From: Neoechinorhynchus agilis
Lineage: Eukaryota; Animalia; Acanthocephala
Direction of reading: 5' to 3'
NCBI GenBank assembly: GCA_051530055.1
Contig: CM121343.1
Coordinates: 3,070,389 to 3,134,388, forward strand
DNA: 64,000 bases
The notes under the pieces: generated by a model
Told to the model about the DNA's origin: nothing
Databases searched by the model: none
The model's input: the letters and a program-made list of their open reading frames with translations, nothing else
Shown here: in pieces, positions 1 through 12,487 of the stretch
How positions within the stretch are numbered: the first letter of the stretch is position 1
How the letters are laid out: each line of letters starts with the position of its first letter
Program-made: the position numbers and the translations under genes

Positions 1-466
1 TCGTAAACAACCATTTATCCTCATCACTTTCTGCAGTTTGCCGGAAGCTCGGTTCTTTATCAGGCTTTAAAACTTTCGTTGATGGTATTTCACGAGCTCC
101 TGTATTGCTGTTATCTAGTCTCCGTTTTCTATTGGTCTTATTTGCTCTAGTTTTCATCCTAGATTTTTGCATTTTTGCGATTTTTGTCATGCATTTAATT
201 CGCTTGGAACTGTTTCCAACCGGCAATGGATCTTTACCTTCTTTACACTTACGAAAATTGTAAGCTCTGATTACTGATTCGTCGAAAATGTGATAATCCG
301 GTTCCCAAGTATTAGAAGACCAATCATAATCCTTCCATTTTACGTAAAATTGCAATTCTCCATCGACGACGCGATGATCAACAATTTTCTCAACTTCATA
401 CACTCGATCTATTGGATCGACTGAGACAGCCAATGATTTCCGCTGAGTAAAACTACGTCTATCCAT
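1..466 (-). CDS. Chromodomain protein (HP1/SUV39/CDY-like), 3' part runs off the window
   Basis: Manual translation from ATG at 466: MDRRSFTQRKSLAVSVDPIDRVYEVEKIVDHRVVDGELQFYVKWKDYDWSSNTWEPDYHIFDESVIRAY..., open to base 1. YEVEKI/YVKWKDY/NTWEP is the chromodomain signature with the aromatic cage intact. Absent from the ORF track because no stop lies in the window. Confidence 0.85.
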   Translation of the reverse strand, partial: MDRRSFTQRKSLAVSVDPIDRVYEVEKIVDHRVVDGELQFYVKWKDYDWSSNTWEPDYHIFDESVIRAYNFRKCKEGKDPLPVGNSSKRIKCMTKIAKMQKSRMKTRANKTNRKRRLDNSNTGAREIPSTKVLKPDKEPSFRQTAESDEDKWLFT

Positions 467-2775
467 ATTTTAACTTTTCGATGGTTTTTAAATTTATATA
501 CGCTGCGTGTTTGAAATGAACACAAAAAAATCGTTGTGGAGTTATGTAGGTCACGATGATATTTGTGTTGTTGCAATCGAAGAAGTATTTTAACAGGATT
601 GCCAAATTTAAATCAGAATTAAATGTGCTCTTTGTGTTCCTTGATGTCGGCATTCACCATTTTCGAGCACTTAACAAACCGAAGATAGCAAGATTTTGAA
701 TTTCGCCTTAAATGAAAAATATAAATTGAATAAATGATTAATAAAATTATTTAGAGAATGGCGTGTTTTGTTCCATATTCTTTATATAAATGTAATGTCT
801 ATTAGAACGTCAGTCGAATTTTGAAATAAGACGTCTATAGATAACATCTAACCTTTTCCCTGAAGAGTTAATTAGCGAATACAAAATAAATAGACGAGCA
901 TAGGACGAATGAAATGGCGACATGAATTATTGCTTTCCTTGAATGTCGGTCGATGGAGTAAATACGTAATAACTGGTCCTCAGAGATGATTACATCGTTC
1001 TGTAAATGGATTTCATTGAAACACAAAATAGTATGATTGGAACGTGGAACACGCTTTTTTAAACCAATCTAAGAAGTATTTTAACAGGATTGTCAAATTT
1101 AAATCGTAATTAAATGTGATCTTTGTGTCATTTTCGAGTAAATGACTAAAGGACTTCGATACTGCGGCTCCAATGAACTGAACACCGAAAATCTAGGAGT
1201 ATAAAATGCATAAAACGACGCTTCTCGTCTCTTTAAGTATATACATCTATAAAAACATTAATTTAGACAAAGATTTCCCAATGGGGTGATATCGTCAATT
1301 CTAGAATAGTCCATTAGGCTGATGGTCATGTTCATAAGTACCGATGTACATAAATTAATACTTTGACGAGTCGGAAAAAATACTTATTCGTGAAGTATCT
1401 ATTAAAAATTTGATCCCACGTTTTGTAGTCAGTTTTTATTGAATGAGTCTTATGCAAAATATAATCAAGAAGATTCAAGAAATGAATTTAAAGAAAGATT
1501 AAAAGTGTATTTAGTCAAGTGACGACTGTAGAGGAAATATGAATCACCGGTTCAGTTGTTGAAAAGCGATTTAAGCAGGCGGCACCCGTAAAGAATTAAA
1601 TCGTCAGTAAGTGGCGTACTCAAGAATCATTTGAATCGGCTCAAAAAATTAATGGTATTTAAAGTAAAATGTTGGATGGTGATGAGATTATCGAGAGCAT
1701 TTGTGCTGTTGCGCTTACTTCTTATTGCAGGTCATTTACTACGAGATTGTCAATATGTAAAGGAATGCGTGTGAAGCATGTAAAAAATGTTGGCGGATAT
1801 TTCTTGAGCAATTAAAGATGAAGAACTATTCACGATGTCAGAGATATATTTGGGTTTTAATTAATGAACAACATATAATTTGTTATCACGATTACAACAC
1901 ATAATGAATTGCAATTAATTTGAATCTTGGAGCATAAAAAGAGTCTTATGTACTAAACGTTTGACTAATCAAGCTATTTAGTACTTCTGAAACCTTATTC
2001 CAATTGAACGGCAGCTGAGTGATTCAGAGCGTTGGTGTGAATGATTTCTGCTCCGAGATTCTGAAGGTTATATTATTAATTAATGTCTTGATTATAGAAT
2101 TTATTAACATAATGAAATAATTAAAATATCCGATATTATTATCGCTTACCAGTATATAAAGTCATTTGCAATCTTCGTCGCCAATTTTTAATGTTTAGTA
2201 AATAAATCGACAGGTTCTAAATTGTTTTCAACTTTACAAATACTAACAAAAACGCCGTTCGGCAACTTAGGCATAAGGGTGTTCAGCACATATACTAATC
2301 ATTTCGGCAATCTTTAAAATCTGTTAATTTCTTTAAATCAAAGTAAGTTAGCAGTGACATAGTTTCACCATCTTGATGATATTCAACGGAATTCTCGTGC
2401 TGCGAGATTTTTAAATGCCGATTGAAGCTGAGGAAATAAATTAAGTACCGTATATTACTTAGCCGTAATGGTTCTGCTATCCGATATTAAAACCTTCTGA
2501 CAATATAAGATCATTTCTCATTCAGATTGAAGTCAAGGGTCGAAAAAAGCTGTGCTTAAGCACTAAAGTATTGAGTTGTATACCGAAAACGCTCTTTAGA
2601 CATAATCGTAGCTACTTATAGACTATAATGCAATTCCCTAGTCCTGAAATCCATATAAGAAGCTCGGTGACCCTTTGAAATTGTATATGATTTCTTCATA
2701 TATCGACGTATAATTTAATTCTGTTATGTATACTATTTTTTAAGTTTTACTGGCAAGCCGGTATTGTTATTATCA

Positions 2776-2974
2776 TTAAATTTTAGTCTATCCCTTTCTT
2801 TTCCGGCTTATTTTTAGGCATAAAGCCAAACGGAGGTATCTGAGGATCCGGAGGAATGTACAAACTCTTAACCTTGCATTAGAGACTATGTGGTTATATC
2901 ACTTCTCTGATGTAATTGGTTTGGCTTTATGCCTAAAAATAAGCCGGACAAGAAAGGGATAGACTAAAATTTAA
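2776..2974. mobile_element. MITE/foldback element with 56-bp TIRs (GCAAGCCGG family)
   Basis: ttaaattttagtctatccc...aaagccaaac (2776-2831) is inverted at 2919-2974 with 1 mismatch. A 20-bp direct repeat ttaattctgttatgtatact lies at 2715 and 2971. The upstream ttttactggcaagccgg motif is shared with 55983. Confidence 0.8.
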
Positions 2975-3003
2975 TTCTGTTATGTATACTGACAAGCCGG
3001 TTA

Positions 3004-3121
3004 AGATCATCCCTTACTTTGCTTTTCCTTTTAGGCGCACAGCCAACCGATATCTTGAATAAGGCAAGTGATTATCGGTTGGTCGTTTGTCTAAAAGGAA
3101 AAAGTCAAGTAAGGATGATCT
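3004..3121. mobile_element. Second, more diverged foldback unit of the same family
   Basis: agatcatcccttacttt...gccaaccgata pairs imperfectly with tatcggttgg...aagtaaggatgatct. Preceded by tatactgacaagccgg. Confidence 0.6.
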
Positions 3122-3477
3122 AAACGCTTAATTAATATAATGGACGTGAACTCTGATGCCCTTGTTAGAAATCACTCATCTTAGGTTGAATTGTTTAGAA
3201 TGTATAAAATAACCATCACAACGTGAAGTTCTTTGCTACCCGTGAAGAACCTACTCTTTTACCTTACCAAAGTCTACTTCAATTTCAATTCGTAGAATCG
3301 CAGAATGGGCATTGTAAGAGTGCAGGAATTATCAAGAGAACGATTAAGATATTAATTTTAAAGACTGAATGATATATTATGGAACAGAAGTATAAATAGG
3401 CAACGCGTATCGATCCAATTTGTAAAAAATTACCAATACCATGAATGAAATTCTGACTATTCTTTGAAAATGCACGT

Positions 3478-5703
3478 TCAAAGTACAATATAAACAATGA
3501 TTATAGTAATCAACGAGTTGATGCATGTTAATAAAGTGAGTGTTAAGTGTGAACTGCCTGAGGTCCTTACACTCTCGCATCGTCCTATTCGAAGAATAAA
3601 ACAACCAATGTAAGAGGAAATATTGGCATCTTGAAAACATACCCAATGCCACAAGTAATTGTGGAATATAATAGTCCCAAAAGAAGCAATCATTGACTTT
3701 GAGAGAGCAGCCTCTCGATATGTTTGCCGATGCAATTTCAATATGCATCCTTGTAGGATATTCATATTTAGGCCATTCAATTGTAATTCCCTCGAAAATG
3801 TTTGATCTTGCTTGTGATTTATCAGGCACGTCAATGTTCGGGTTACTAAGCGGAACGTGACTAAGAGATATAATACGTTTCGTTTTTACCCGCTTTTGGC
3901 GAAATTTGTCCAGTATCTCATGAGAGACCGACTGAGGCGTATTTCTTCGTCAGTGTAGTGCCTGATATTCGAGGAAAATGGATCACCAAAAATAAACAAA
4001 ATCTCGTCCGCGTGTAAAACTCCCATCCATTTCGGCCAAGCCTCGACGGATCTGCCTCTGTAGGAAAGACAATGGCTGAAGAAGTAGAAGAATACTGGAG
4101 ATCCTTGATTTGATAGGTAATCGGAGAACTTGATGGTTGGGCATGAGAAATGAAAATCTCCAGCTGCTCGGCCGATTTGAAGAGCATTGATTGTATCATT
4201 ACTAGCTGCATCCATACGAACATATTTGCTGTAGATGCTGTCGTAAACGATTGACGGGGAAGTCCAGGGTTCGATTGGAAAATTCGTAAAAACTGACTCT
4301 TCGAGAAGTGTCCGGATCAATTGATGACTAGGAAATACTGGAGTGCTTGCAGACAGATTGATATTTCTGCTGGTGGAAATATAAGCATTAAAATACGTAC
4401 CCTCGTCTCGATTTGTGCCAGCTAGAAGCGGTATCCGTTTAAATCTTCCTTGTTTTAACAAAATTTCCGGTGTGTTTGGGATCATGTATTTGTCAACCAC
4501 TGGAACAAACCCATATCCAACGGAACCAGACCACACTGTGAGTTCGATGCTAGACCAAAGAGCATCCCAACTTCTGTTACGAGGAACCACTGGAGCCATC
4601 ATCAAATAAGAGTAAAGTGTTTTGAAATCCCTGGACTCGAATGCGACCCTAGCTTTTTGAGTTTCCAATTCCACTTCCTCTTTTACACGATGAAAATTTC
4701 TAAGGATTTCTTTTACCATCTCGAAGAAACTCACAGATACAAGCATTTTCTTTGCTCTCCGAAGTGCAACCTTTGCTGACACAACACCCCAGTCTGCAGT
4801 CGGTGAACCACTTTGCATGATAGCTCGATGAAAATAGGGCTGAGAGAGGGGTGAAATTATATGGATACCGACGCTGACGGCTCCTGAGCTCTCACCGAAA
4901 ATTGTGATACGCGATTGATCGCCTCCGAAGTACTGGATATTTTCTGCAACCCACTTCAATGCCAAGTGCTGATCCATGAGACCCATGTTGCCTGGACAAT
5001 AATCACTTCCGAGGTACATAAATCCAAATAAACCAAGCCTGTATTGGGCCGATACAATTATAACGTCGTTCAAGCCCGATAAAATCTTGCCGTCGTAAAG
5101 TGGTAACGTAGCAGAACCGGTCATGAAACCACCTCCGAATATCCAAACCATCACAGGGAGTGGTCGAAGGCTGAATTTGCTAGATGTAAGTTCAGGCACC
5201 CAGATATTTAGATAAAGACAATCTTCACTCATTTCATCCTCGGGCAGCCACATTCGTTCATCCACGATGTGGTAGAATTCGATCTGTTGGTGATAACAAC
5301 TAAGTTTCTTGTATTTAGTTTCTAAAATGCCATCCCACGCCACTTTAGGAGATGGAAACTTGAAACGTTTGTCGCCTACAGGAGGTTCAGCAAATGGAAT
5401 TCCTAGCCAAGCGTTAACAAATTTCGCCGGCTCATTTTTTGAGATATTAACAAGTTGTCTGATGCCTTGATAGCTGCGGTGCTTAAGTAGTTTTTCTGGG
5501 GGGGGGCAATTTAAAATAATGATGCTAATATAGCAATTTTACAATGACCAAGCCTGTCCTCATAAGCATCGCTGCTCTTTAACGAAACCGTAGTTTGTTT
5601 TAACGGTCAAATTTACGGTACCACGAGTGTACGGAGTTGGCGAGGTTGAGATGAGGACGATAATCAATGAAATTATAGTGGGCAGGATATTAGTTTGGGC
5701 CAT
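3478..5703 (-). CDS. ace: Acetylcholinesterase-like cholinesterase with signal peptide and probable GPI-anchor tail (multi-exon)
   Basis: Motifs WLGIPFAEPP, SEDCLYLNIW, FGGGF oxyanion hole, FGESSG (Ser), GTNRDEG (Glu), WMGVLHADEI (His), YWTNFAKSG and WPKY...CFFW. Signal peptide MAQTNILPTIISLIIVLIST starts at 5703. Introns near 3845-3888 and 3586-3644. Last exon GRCESVRTSGSSHLTLTLLTCINSLITIIIVYIVL is a hydrophobic C-terminus. Confidence 0.88.
5472..5576. mobile_element. 105-bp insert with imperfect 16-bp TIRs inside the cholinesterase 5' coding region
   Basis: agctgcggtgcttaag (5472-5487) is inverted at cataagcatcgctgct (5561-5576), 13/16 match. It separates TVKTNYGFVK from GIRQLV. Confidence 0.45.
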
Positions 5704-8700
5704 CTAATAGCATATCACTTTAAGACTGCTTCCGACAAATGCCAAACTCGGGATGTTTGCAGCTCTGGGCAACGATGCTTTTGTTTTCATCGTAAAGTCG
5801 GCGATAGATATTTCAGAAGACTGGAAACTGCAACTGAAGAAGGTGGATAGAGGGACGGTATGGTGAAAAAGTTCTTACTGGATAGGAAGTGGTTAGTGAC
5901 TGAGGTTGTAAGACAGCGGAACAATTTTGCCCATAGCTACGAATTCTAAATTAGTTTAAGCACTGCAGTGAGCTTCGATGTCAATCCTACTGCAACCAAC
6001 AAGGCCCTAATTTATTTCGTGCGCTGTCTGATTTTTAAACGGTTGTTTTATTCCCTCTCTTTCACACTAAGCTTATTCTAGCATTCCGTGTGGATGCTAA
6101 CTGTGGTTGCGGATCCGCGGCTGTGCCGTCGACTATGGCGCATGTTAGGAGGGACGAGTGCATGCATCGTGGAAAGCTATGAAACTATTCAATAAAGTCG
6201 TTGTCTAAGATCAATTTATACACAAGCGGAACTGTCTTCCTGGAAACGAGACCGACAGCCTTCGAATGTGTGTGTGTGTCTGCAGTATCGACGATATGTC
6301 GCGAAAATGAGGTCAAGGCACAAAAAATTCAACTCATCTAATTTCACGAGAGGCACTCTAACTCTTCAAACACTTTTCTGACATAAGCAATATGCACTTT
6401 GGAAGATCGAATCTTAACTGATGAAAATGCCGAAATGAAAATTGGACAACTTTCCATTCGTCTCTGATGGTGAAGAGCATATCTGCCTCGAATACTTTGC
6501 ATTTTCTCGACCTCGATGAAGCAACTTTACTCTCGTCGAGGGTTTATTGTATTCTATAACCCTAGCACGGAAACACTTTAGATGTGAGACTACGCTTAAA
6601 TGGGACAATTTGAACCATTAAAAAACTCCTATTGCAGACGAGAAAAACTCTACAGATTCTGCACGTTTCATGGCTAATCAAACACGATTTGTGCTGCTTT
6701 CTTACAACAATGGCACTCTGGGGATCGGGCAGCACATTTTAAAAGGTTTCACGGAAAGACGATCTTTCAAACCACTTCGATCAATTTACAAATTAATTTC
6801 TTTAAATTCAAAATGTGAATTTGTTCCAATCTCAAGTGTTCAGAATGTGAATCCTAGTGCAATCGCTCTTTTTTTTGTATTAAATACGATCAAACCAAAC
6901 AATGCTTTTAAACTGTTCATCTATTTGTCTAAAAAATTAATCGATTTCGAGAGGCTGACCGATTCCCCGTTAGTGAAATTAAATTTTTCAACGATTTTTT
7001 TGTATAGCGTTCGAAAACAGTGAAATGCAATATTTGCATATCTTCATGTCTTTTGAATCTTCAAAATGGAGTCCAATTAAAGTTATCGTATCCTTTAGAT
7101 TATACACCGTTGGAATTAAATCAGTGCATCATTTTTAAGAGTATCTTGACTGAAAACTTATACGTTCTTTTATTAAGTAATTGTTTCAACTGGCTTAAAT
7201 AATTCCATGTCTTGATTGGATATTAGTGACTAAATGGAAATTGTGATTGGCTGACGAATAGCGGATCTTAAATTTAAGAATGTTCATTCGTTTCATATTA
7301 TTTTATTAAACATGATTTGTGCAAATCATAACTAAATTTTTTAGGTGACTGATGATGCGAGGCTTTCTCGTGGCATATTTCGATTCAATAAAATAGTTTT
7401 TATCCGAGATTATGATCACAACAACTTTAATTCTATCATCTCATAGGATTTCCTCTCGATGATTAGTTATAATAATGTTTTAGGAAAGACATTTCAGTAT
7501 AAATGGATTTATAATTTTTAGATGTCGTTACTAAGTAGCATGATCACTGTGATATAAATCGATGCCATTGAACATTTTGTTGTTTTAGCGACAAGTAAAT
7601 TGTAAATTTCAGTTATATTGAGACATCCTTGTCAATAATTAAAAGAACAATTTACATCTAAAACGGATACTGTCCTTTGAAAAATAAACAACCGTTACTG
7701 TTTAAGAAAACGAATGACCCACCTATAAATACAAATCAAGACCGAGATAAAGAAATTGAACAATTTAGAGTAGCTTGATGATCTAAAAATCGAGAAAACA
7801 AATCTGTGTCGCGGATGAGTAGCGACAGCTTAAGAGGGAAACGAAACCGCACTAAAATTCAAAATGTTTGTGATACTTTTGCTTAGCTAGTAAACGAAAT
7901 AAATAATTATCGATCAGAACCTACTCTAAATATGCCACGTTCTCTTATTGACAATTTGAATGCAATCAATCATTTTATAAATTCGTTAAGTATTTATGGG
8001 CTCTAATAAGCAGATACAAGCATAATTTGCACTTTAATTGACTGAAGGAAGTGTAAGAAACATTTAATGCGATCGTGAAAGAGATGAAACCGAAGACAGA
8101 CAAAAGAATAAATTGTTCCTCAAAGTGCCTTTGATTACACTTTCACTGTTTTCAATATACAAACACAAAAAAACTGTTAAAGCATGAATTTGAGATCTAC
8201 TGTTAGAATTCAAAACGATTTTTCAAACCAAAAATGTATCGCGATCTACAAAATCGACAAAAACAATTAAAATATGAGACAAGTGAAAATAGCTTCGATA
8301 CTCAAAAAGCATAAAATTCTAAGCTTTGAATTGTTGATGATAAACCCCAAGGTTTCGTTTAAATATGAAATTGTAAGATGTTGTAGAATGTAGGACGTTA
8401 AATTTCTCTTGGTCAAAAACTGATGTGTTTATTTAATAAAGTTACGTAGAAATTGAAGAATGGTTGAAAATCAAAGCAGTTCTTTAAAATTAATAATATT
8501 TACGTTGTTTTTAGAAAGCACATTCAATTTAACTTATAAAATTAGCAATAAGACAGCTTGTAAAGAGTAAAATGAAGCGTTAGAAAAGCATGCATCATCC
8601 GAAAACTCAACCTTGCTCGCATTCGATTTCTTTAAATTACAAATTGGATTCAAAAATTTACTACTTTTTATCATTTCCGGGAGTGATCGCGCACACACAC

Positions 8701-8823
8701 ACAGAGAATTGGACAATATCAGCCATCACCGTAATAATTGGTTCGAAAATATGTGCGCGCGACTGTATAATCTTGATGGTGCCGGTGGAATCTTTGTGAT
8801 GAGAATCATTGTTTTTAATGCGA

Positions 8824-10110
8824 CTACAAATGTGCAACACGATCCATCCTGTAGGATGAGGTACTGGATAGAGCTCTTGTACCACACGGTAACCTTAAGC
8901 GCTTTTCCACAACCTCATCCTCGGACAAATCAGGTGTAGGAATATCGAACTCATCATCGCATTCCTCTCCTTGTGATCTCGTGCCATTTTGATCGGGTTT
9001 ACTATGAATGGATTTGCGTTTTGCAGTAGTCTCACTCGGTTTCATAAGGTCAATGAAATTCACAACTGAAACTGGATTCCGCAATGGGCGGCGAATCGAC
9101 TGCTGTTGCCGTTTAATTCTCAACGACTGCGAAGTTTGTGGTCGACGGTGATGAAATGCCGCAAGTGGATAATAAGTTCGTTGATTATTGTTTTTACAGC
9201 GCATTGCAGTTGAACCCATCTCTTGTCGTTTTTTACGAATTGTTTGCCAATCAGTCATCGGCAGAGATTCATCGCTTAATCTACTCTTCAATGGAACTTT
9301 CACCTCTAATAAATTGAACGGCATAGTCGATGATGCCGTTAAAACTCCAGAGGAAAACTCGGAGCAGGTTTCGATCGCAGAGTCAACAAAACTGGCATGT
9401 TGTTGTGAAGTGGATTTACAAGGTCGCTGTTGTGGGTAACTCCCTAAGCTACACGATGAAAGTGGACTCGGAAATGAATTGCTTTGAGTTTTATCAAAGA
9501 AACCATGAGCATCCTTTGTCATCATCGCAGGAGTGGAAGGTGCAGATTGAGTTTTCAATCTTTGCGGCGCCTTTGGAACATTGCGTTCAGGGTTCCACAT
9601 TGATGCATTTTTCCGATGAGTGCTCACTGGAGGTAAACCTTTTGCGTACATCACAAGGCAGTCAGTGTAAGTCAAATCGTCGAAGTCAGTGATTCTGTCA
9701 GTATATTGATAAGAAAAGGACCCACCACTTCATTCCGACAAGAATCAAAGCACTGGCACGGGAGTTACGGACTTGCGATTCGATTTGCGTCTTGCCTCCC
9801 TTAGTTGATTAATGCATTCTTGAAACTGACAAGTAATCATGATGGGGTTATTGGCAGTCGTATAGCCTTTCCCATCGTCCGGGCAAGCGTCCAGTAAGTC
9901 CAAATATTTGAGCGTAACTGCGATCTCTTCCATCGCCGCACTCTCGTCTGGACTTTTGGATCCAGACCGGCTCGTATGTTGCCGGATACTTGTTGATGGT
10001 GGTGATTGGTTACGCCTGTTCCCTTGCCTATTCTCAGCGGAACTCCGCTGTGCCGTACTTGTGACAGATCGTCTCCTACTCACTTCAAGAGTTTTCCTGT
10101 TACGCCGCAT
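8824..10110 (-). CDS. Unknown Ser/Arg/Pro-rich protein, at least 2 exons, 5' end uncertain
   Basis: Two long, GC-richer co-directional ORFs (121 aa and 283 aa) separated by an intron-sized gap. A possible upstream exon lies near 10160-10290. No domain recognised. Confidence 0.55.
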
Positions 10111-11128
10111 TAATGCCTAATCTACAAATTGTTTCGGTAAATTCAAACAAACCGGCGCATATGTTCAAAGGGGTGTTCAATGCTGATTTCGTTGGATAAA
10201 AGTTTCTGTCCCTCCGTGTGCTTCATAAGCACCATATCGTGGAATGACGGCTGCTCGCGAGTAATATATAGTCGTTCTCGCATTATTTGAGCTCATGTAG
10301 TCGCAAGAAACCGGATATGTGAGTGAATGCGAGTGCTAGTCGCCGATTGTGTGTGTGTGTGTGGGGTGGGGTAGGGAATTGCGAGCGCAGTTTCTCGAAG
10401 ACGGCGGGAGGGGAAGAGCGTACTACCAGCGTCGACGACATTCACACGTTCTGCAAATTAAAAACGAACTCAACTATATACCGGAGAAGTCGTAACTCAT
10501 TGTGATTCCCCACATAAGATTATCCCGCCACAAGGGAGTAATGACAATGAGGCAAACCGATTCTCCGCCATCATTACACGACTAACACATAACCTAACAT
10601 AACCTATATTTATATGGGCGTATATAGAGGACTCCTCGGTAAAGAAACATTCCACATCCAAAGCGATCGACGGCGAAATTTAATGAATCAGCTGTCTCAG
10701 CGACTTTAATGGTAGTTCCTTCGAGCTCAAATGCTCTCGAATGTTCATTTGTCGAGGAAAACTAAGACCAATTGACATGAGGGTCAGAAAGGACGAAGAC
10801 TTGAACAAACTCAACACAGGCCATGGTTAAGTGTACATTTGAACTCGTTTAGGTGGAGGAAAACCATGCGAATGCGACAATAATTGTGAGGTTAAGTAGA
10901 TCTCAAATGTAGGTCCGGATCTCAAGTTGCGTTTAGAACGCACCGGGGACTGTCGCACAATAACACTGAGGGTCCCGCTCAGCAGCGTTTACTTTTGCAA
11001 TCCGTTATGTAACTGAGCGTTCTTTTAAAAACAATGCCGACTATTGAGTAATTCCCGAATCATATCTTAGCCATGATGGAAAAAAAAACATAAATATTTT
11101 TGGTACAAAACCAATGATCAATTAAAAA

Positions 11129-12172
11129 TCACACTGAAGTGAAAATAAAACCCATAGTAAACAAATCCTGAGCAAGAGAAAAGCTAATAGAATACAATCT
11201 TGTCTGTTTATCTAACAGTCGATTGTATAGAAGTGCTTTGTCGGTATTTGCTGAATAGCATCCAAATTGTCTGTGGTATTTAAAAAATACTCCAAGTCGC
11301 AGCTCAGCTTGTGCAAATTGGCACGCTAAGGCTGTTTTCATTGCTGCATGCCGAGTTCTAGTTATACGTTTCGAATAGAGTGCCAAACGTGGCAATTTGA
11401 TATGAAATTCATTAGTGTTTTGACAAAAAAAGAAGGTATTTACCCGGTTCAAAGTGGAACGTATTTTTACACGATTATAGTCCATAAGTGGATGTTCAAC
11501 TCGAGATCTTATTCGTTATCTCTCTTTCACAAATTGAGTTACTTGTGAAAAGCATCAGTAGACGATTATGCAAGCTAGTTCGAAGAAATGTGGAACATTG
11601 TCCGCCTCGGCGACACAGAGTGGGTATCGTATTTCGAGCAAGCGTATTGAAAGCCGTCTGCGAGCATTTACAGCTCTCGTTTGTCACTTTGTGTGCGAAT
11701 CGCAACCGCCACTTTTGAGTGACTCCACTTAGATTCGATTTCCTTTGAATAGTCCTAACAGTATTTGGGTTTCCATGCGTGTATTCTTACAAGCAATGAA
11801 AACTCGTTGAAGCGAGATAATGGAGACGAATGTTTGTATAAACTAAAAGTAACAATTGTTCTTCATTGTCGCACTTTCATTGGTGAGAGCAAATGAAAAG
11901 CAATTGGATAGCTTGATAGTATTTTTAGAAACCTGTGGAGAATGAATTTATTAACCGTCTTGTTTTTTACATAATCGTGCATCAATCGAGCAAGACTTAC
12001 ATAAAACGATAACTTAGAAACTCCCAACAATCGCTGCTAAATGCATTCGCTTAAGTATCCTTTTACCGATTACTATTTTTCCACAAATTGCTTCAATTTG
12101 CGACCTTTGAAACAAGTTTTGGTATTGATCGATAGATCGAACTCTTATTAGAATGGCTTCAACGTCTTTCAT
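11129..12172 (-). CDS. Unknown multi-exon protein (~270 aa)
   Basis: A phase-consistent chain of short GT-AG introns gives MKDVEAILIRV...GKI|QRLLGVSKLSFY|VSKNT...TNE|IYTNIRLHYLASTSFHCL|TIQRK...LFT|IEHPLMDYNRV...FTSV. No family recognised. Confidence 0.5.
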
Positions 12173-12487
12173 ATTGAGAATGTACGAATGCTCGAATATT
12201 CATGTTTACTCCATCGGTGACGATATTCGGAATGTTGGTTGATCCTAAATTTAGCTTCATTAAAAAATTGCAATTTTACTCCTTGTTGCCTTTCGATGAT
12301 AATTTCAATACCACATTCCTTTGGTTCCTTAATAAAAACTTCTCATTCGACCTTCATTATAATATACAGAGATGTTTTTCTCAGTCCCGAAATAGCCGCA
12401 ATCGGGAATTTCGCCTTTACAAGGTTTGTGAGGAAATCTCAAAATCGAACAAGTCCCCTGTACGAATTTCAACCATTCCGTCATTTT

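Noticed and set aside
10780-11030. RNase MRP/P RNA (minus-strand gacagtccccgg resembles the CR-I motif)
   Set aside because: No downstream GGGGC-containing CR-V to complete the P4 helix. An Infernal/Rfam scan would settle it.
11496-11850. Rpp21-like or GPCR TM3-like resemblance in the orphan gene
   Set aside because: The CxxC pairs are incomplete (CKC, CRRGG) and the ISLQRVF reading lies in a frame that splices into a stop.
12405-12425. U5 snRNA loop I-like tttcgcctttac
   Set aside because: One U short, with no flanking stem and no Sm site.
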